Assembly (NCBI RefSeq): GCF_000012905.2
Contig: NC_007493.2
Location: forward strand, 360,001 to 392,000
Direction of reading: 5' to 3'
From: Cereibacter sphaeroides 2.4.1
GTDB taxonomy: Bacteria; Pseudomonadota; Alphaproteobacteria; Rhodobacterales; Rhodobacteraceae
Length of the DNA stretch: 32,000 bases
Shown here: in pieces, positions 29,583-32,000 of the stretch
Layout of the letters: each line of letters opens with the position of its first letter
Position numbering within the stretch: the first letter of the stretch is position 1
The notes under the pieces: generated by a model
Databases searched by the model: none
What the model was told of the DNA's origin: nothing
Seen by the model: the letters and a program-made list of their open reading frames with translations, nothing else
Made by a program: the position numbers and the translations under genes

Positions 29583-32000
<2,418 letters not shown>

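Overview
The window is high-GC chromosomal DNA. Gene content and order suggest a Rhodobacter/Cereibacter-like alphaproteobacterium; that taxonomic call is inference only. It looks like ordinary, densely packed core genome. In order, the genes are: greA; ETF-ubiquinone oxidoreductase; a frameshifted TPR gene coupled to ispE; a small secreted hypothetical; a DUF2231 membrane protein with a PQQ-type sugar dehydrogenase; a FUSC-family membrane protein; an orphan single-domain response regulator; a LacI-family regulator divergent from a fructose PTS operon (fruB multiphosphoryl-transfer fusion, fruK, fruA); a divergent metal-resistance unit (merR-family regulator coupled to ynfA, facing a Zn/Cd/Pb P1B-type ATPase); ssb; a lytic transglycosylase; serS; sodC; yajC-secD-secF; an Mth938-domain gene; ccmABCDG (helABCDX-type); and the 3' part of acnA. 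I found no rRNA or tRNA genes, CRISPR arrays, transposases, integrases, or recognisable defence or toxin modules, and no convincing novel multi-gene system. The items worth a second look are small: (1) a terminator-like hairpin with a T-run inside the greA leader; (2) a +1 frame break in the TPR gene that overlaps essential ispE; (3) an untracked 30-codon membrane micro-ORF upstream of the orphan response regulator; (4) back-to-back MerR-type promoters, with ynfA translationally coupled to the metal regulator; (5) a perfect 16-bp Cra/FruR-like palindrome over the fru promoter. The many very long ORFs antisense to these genes are treated as high-GC shadow ORFs.
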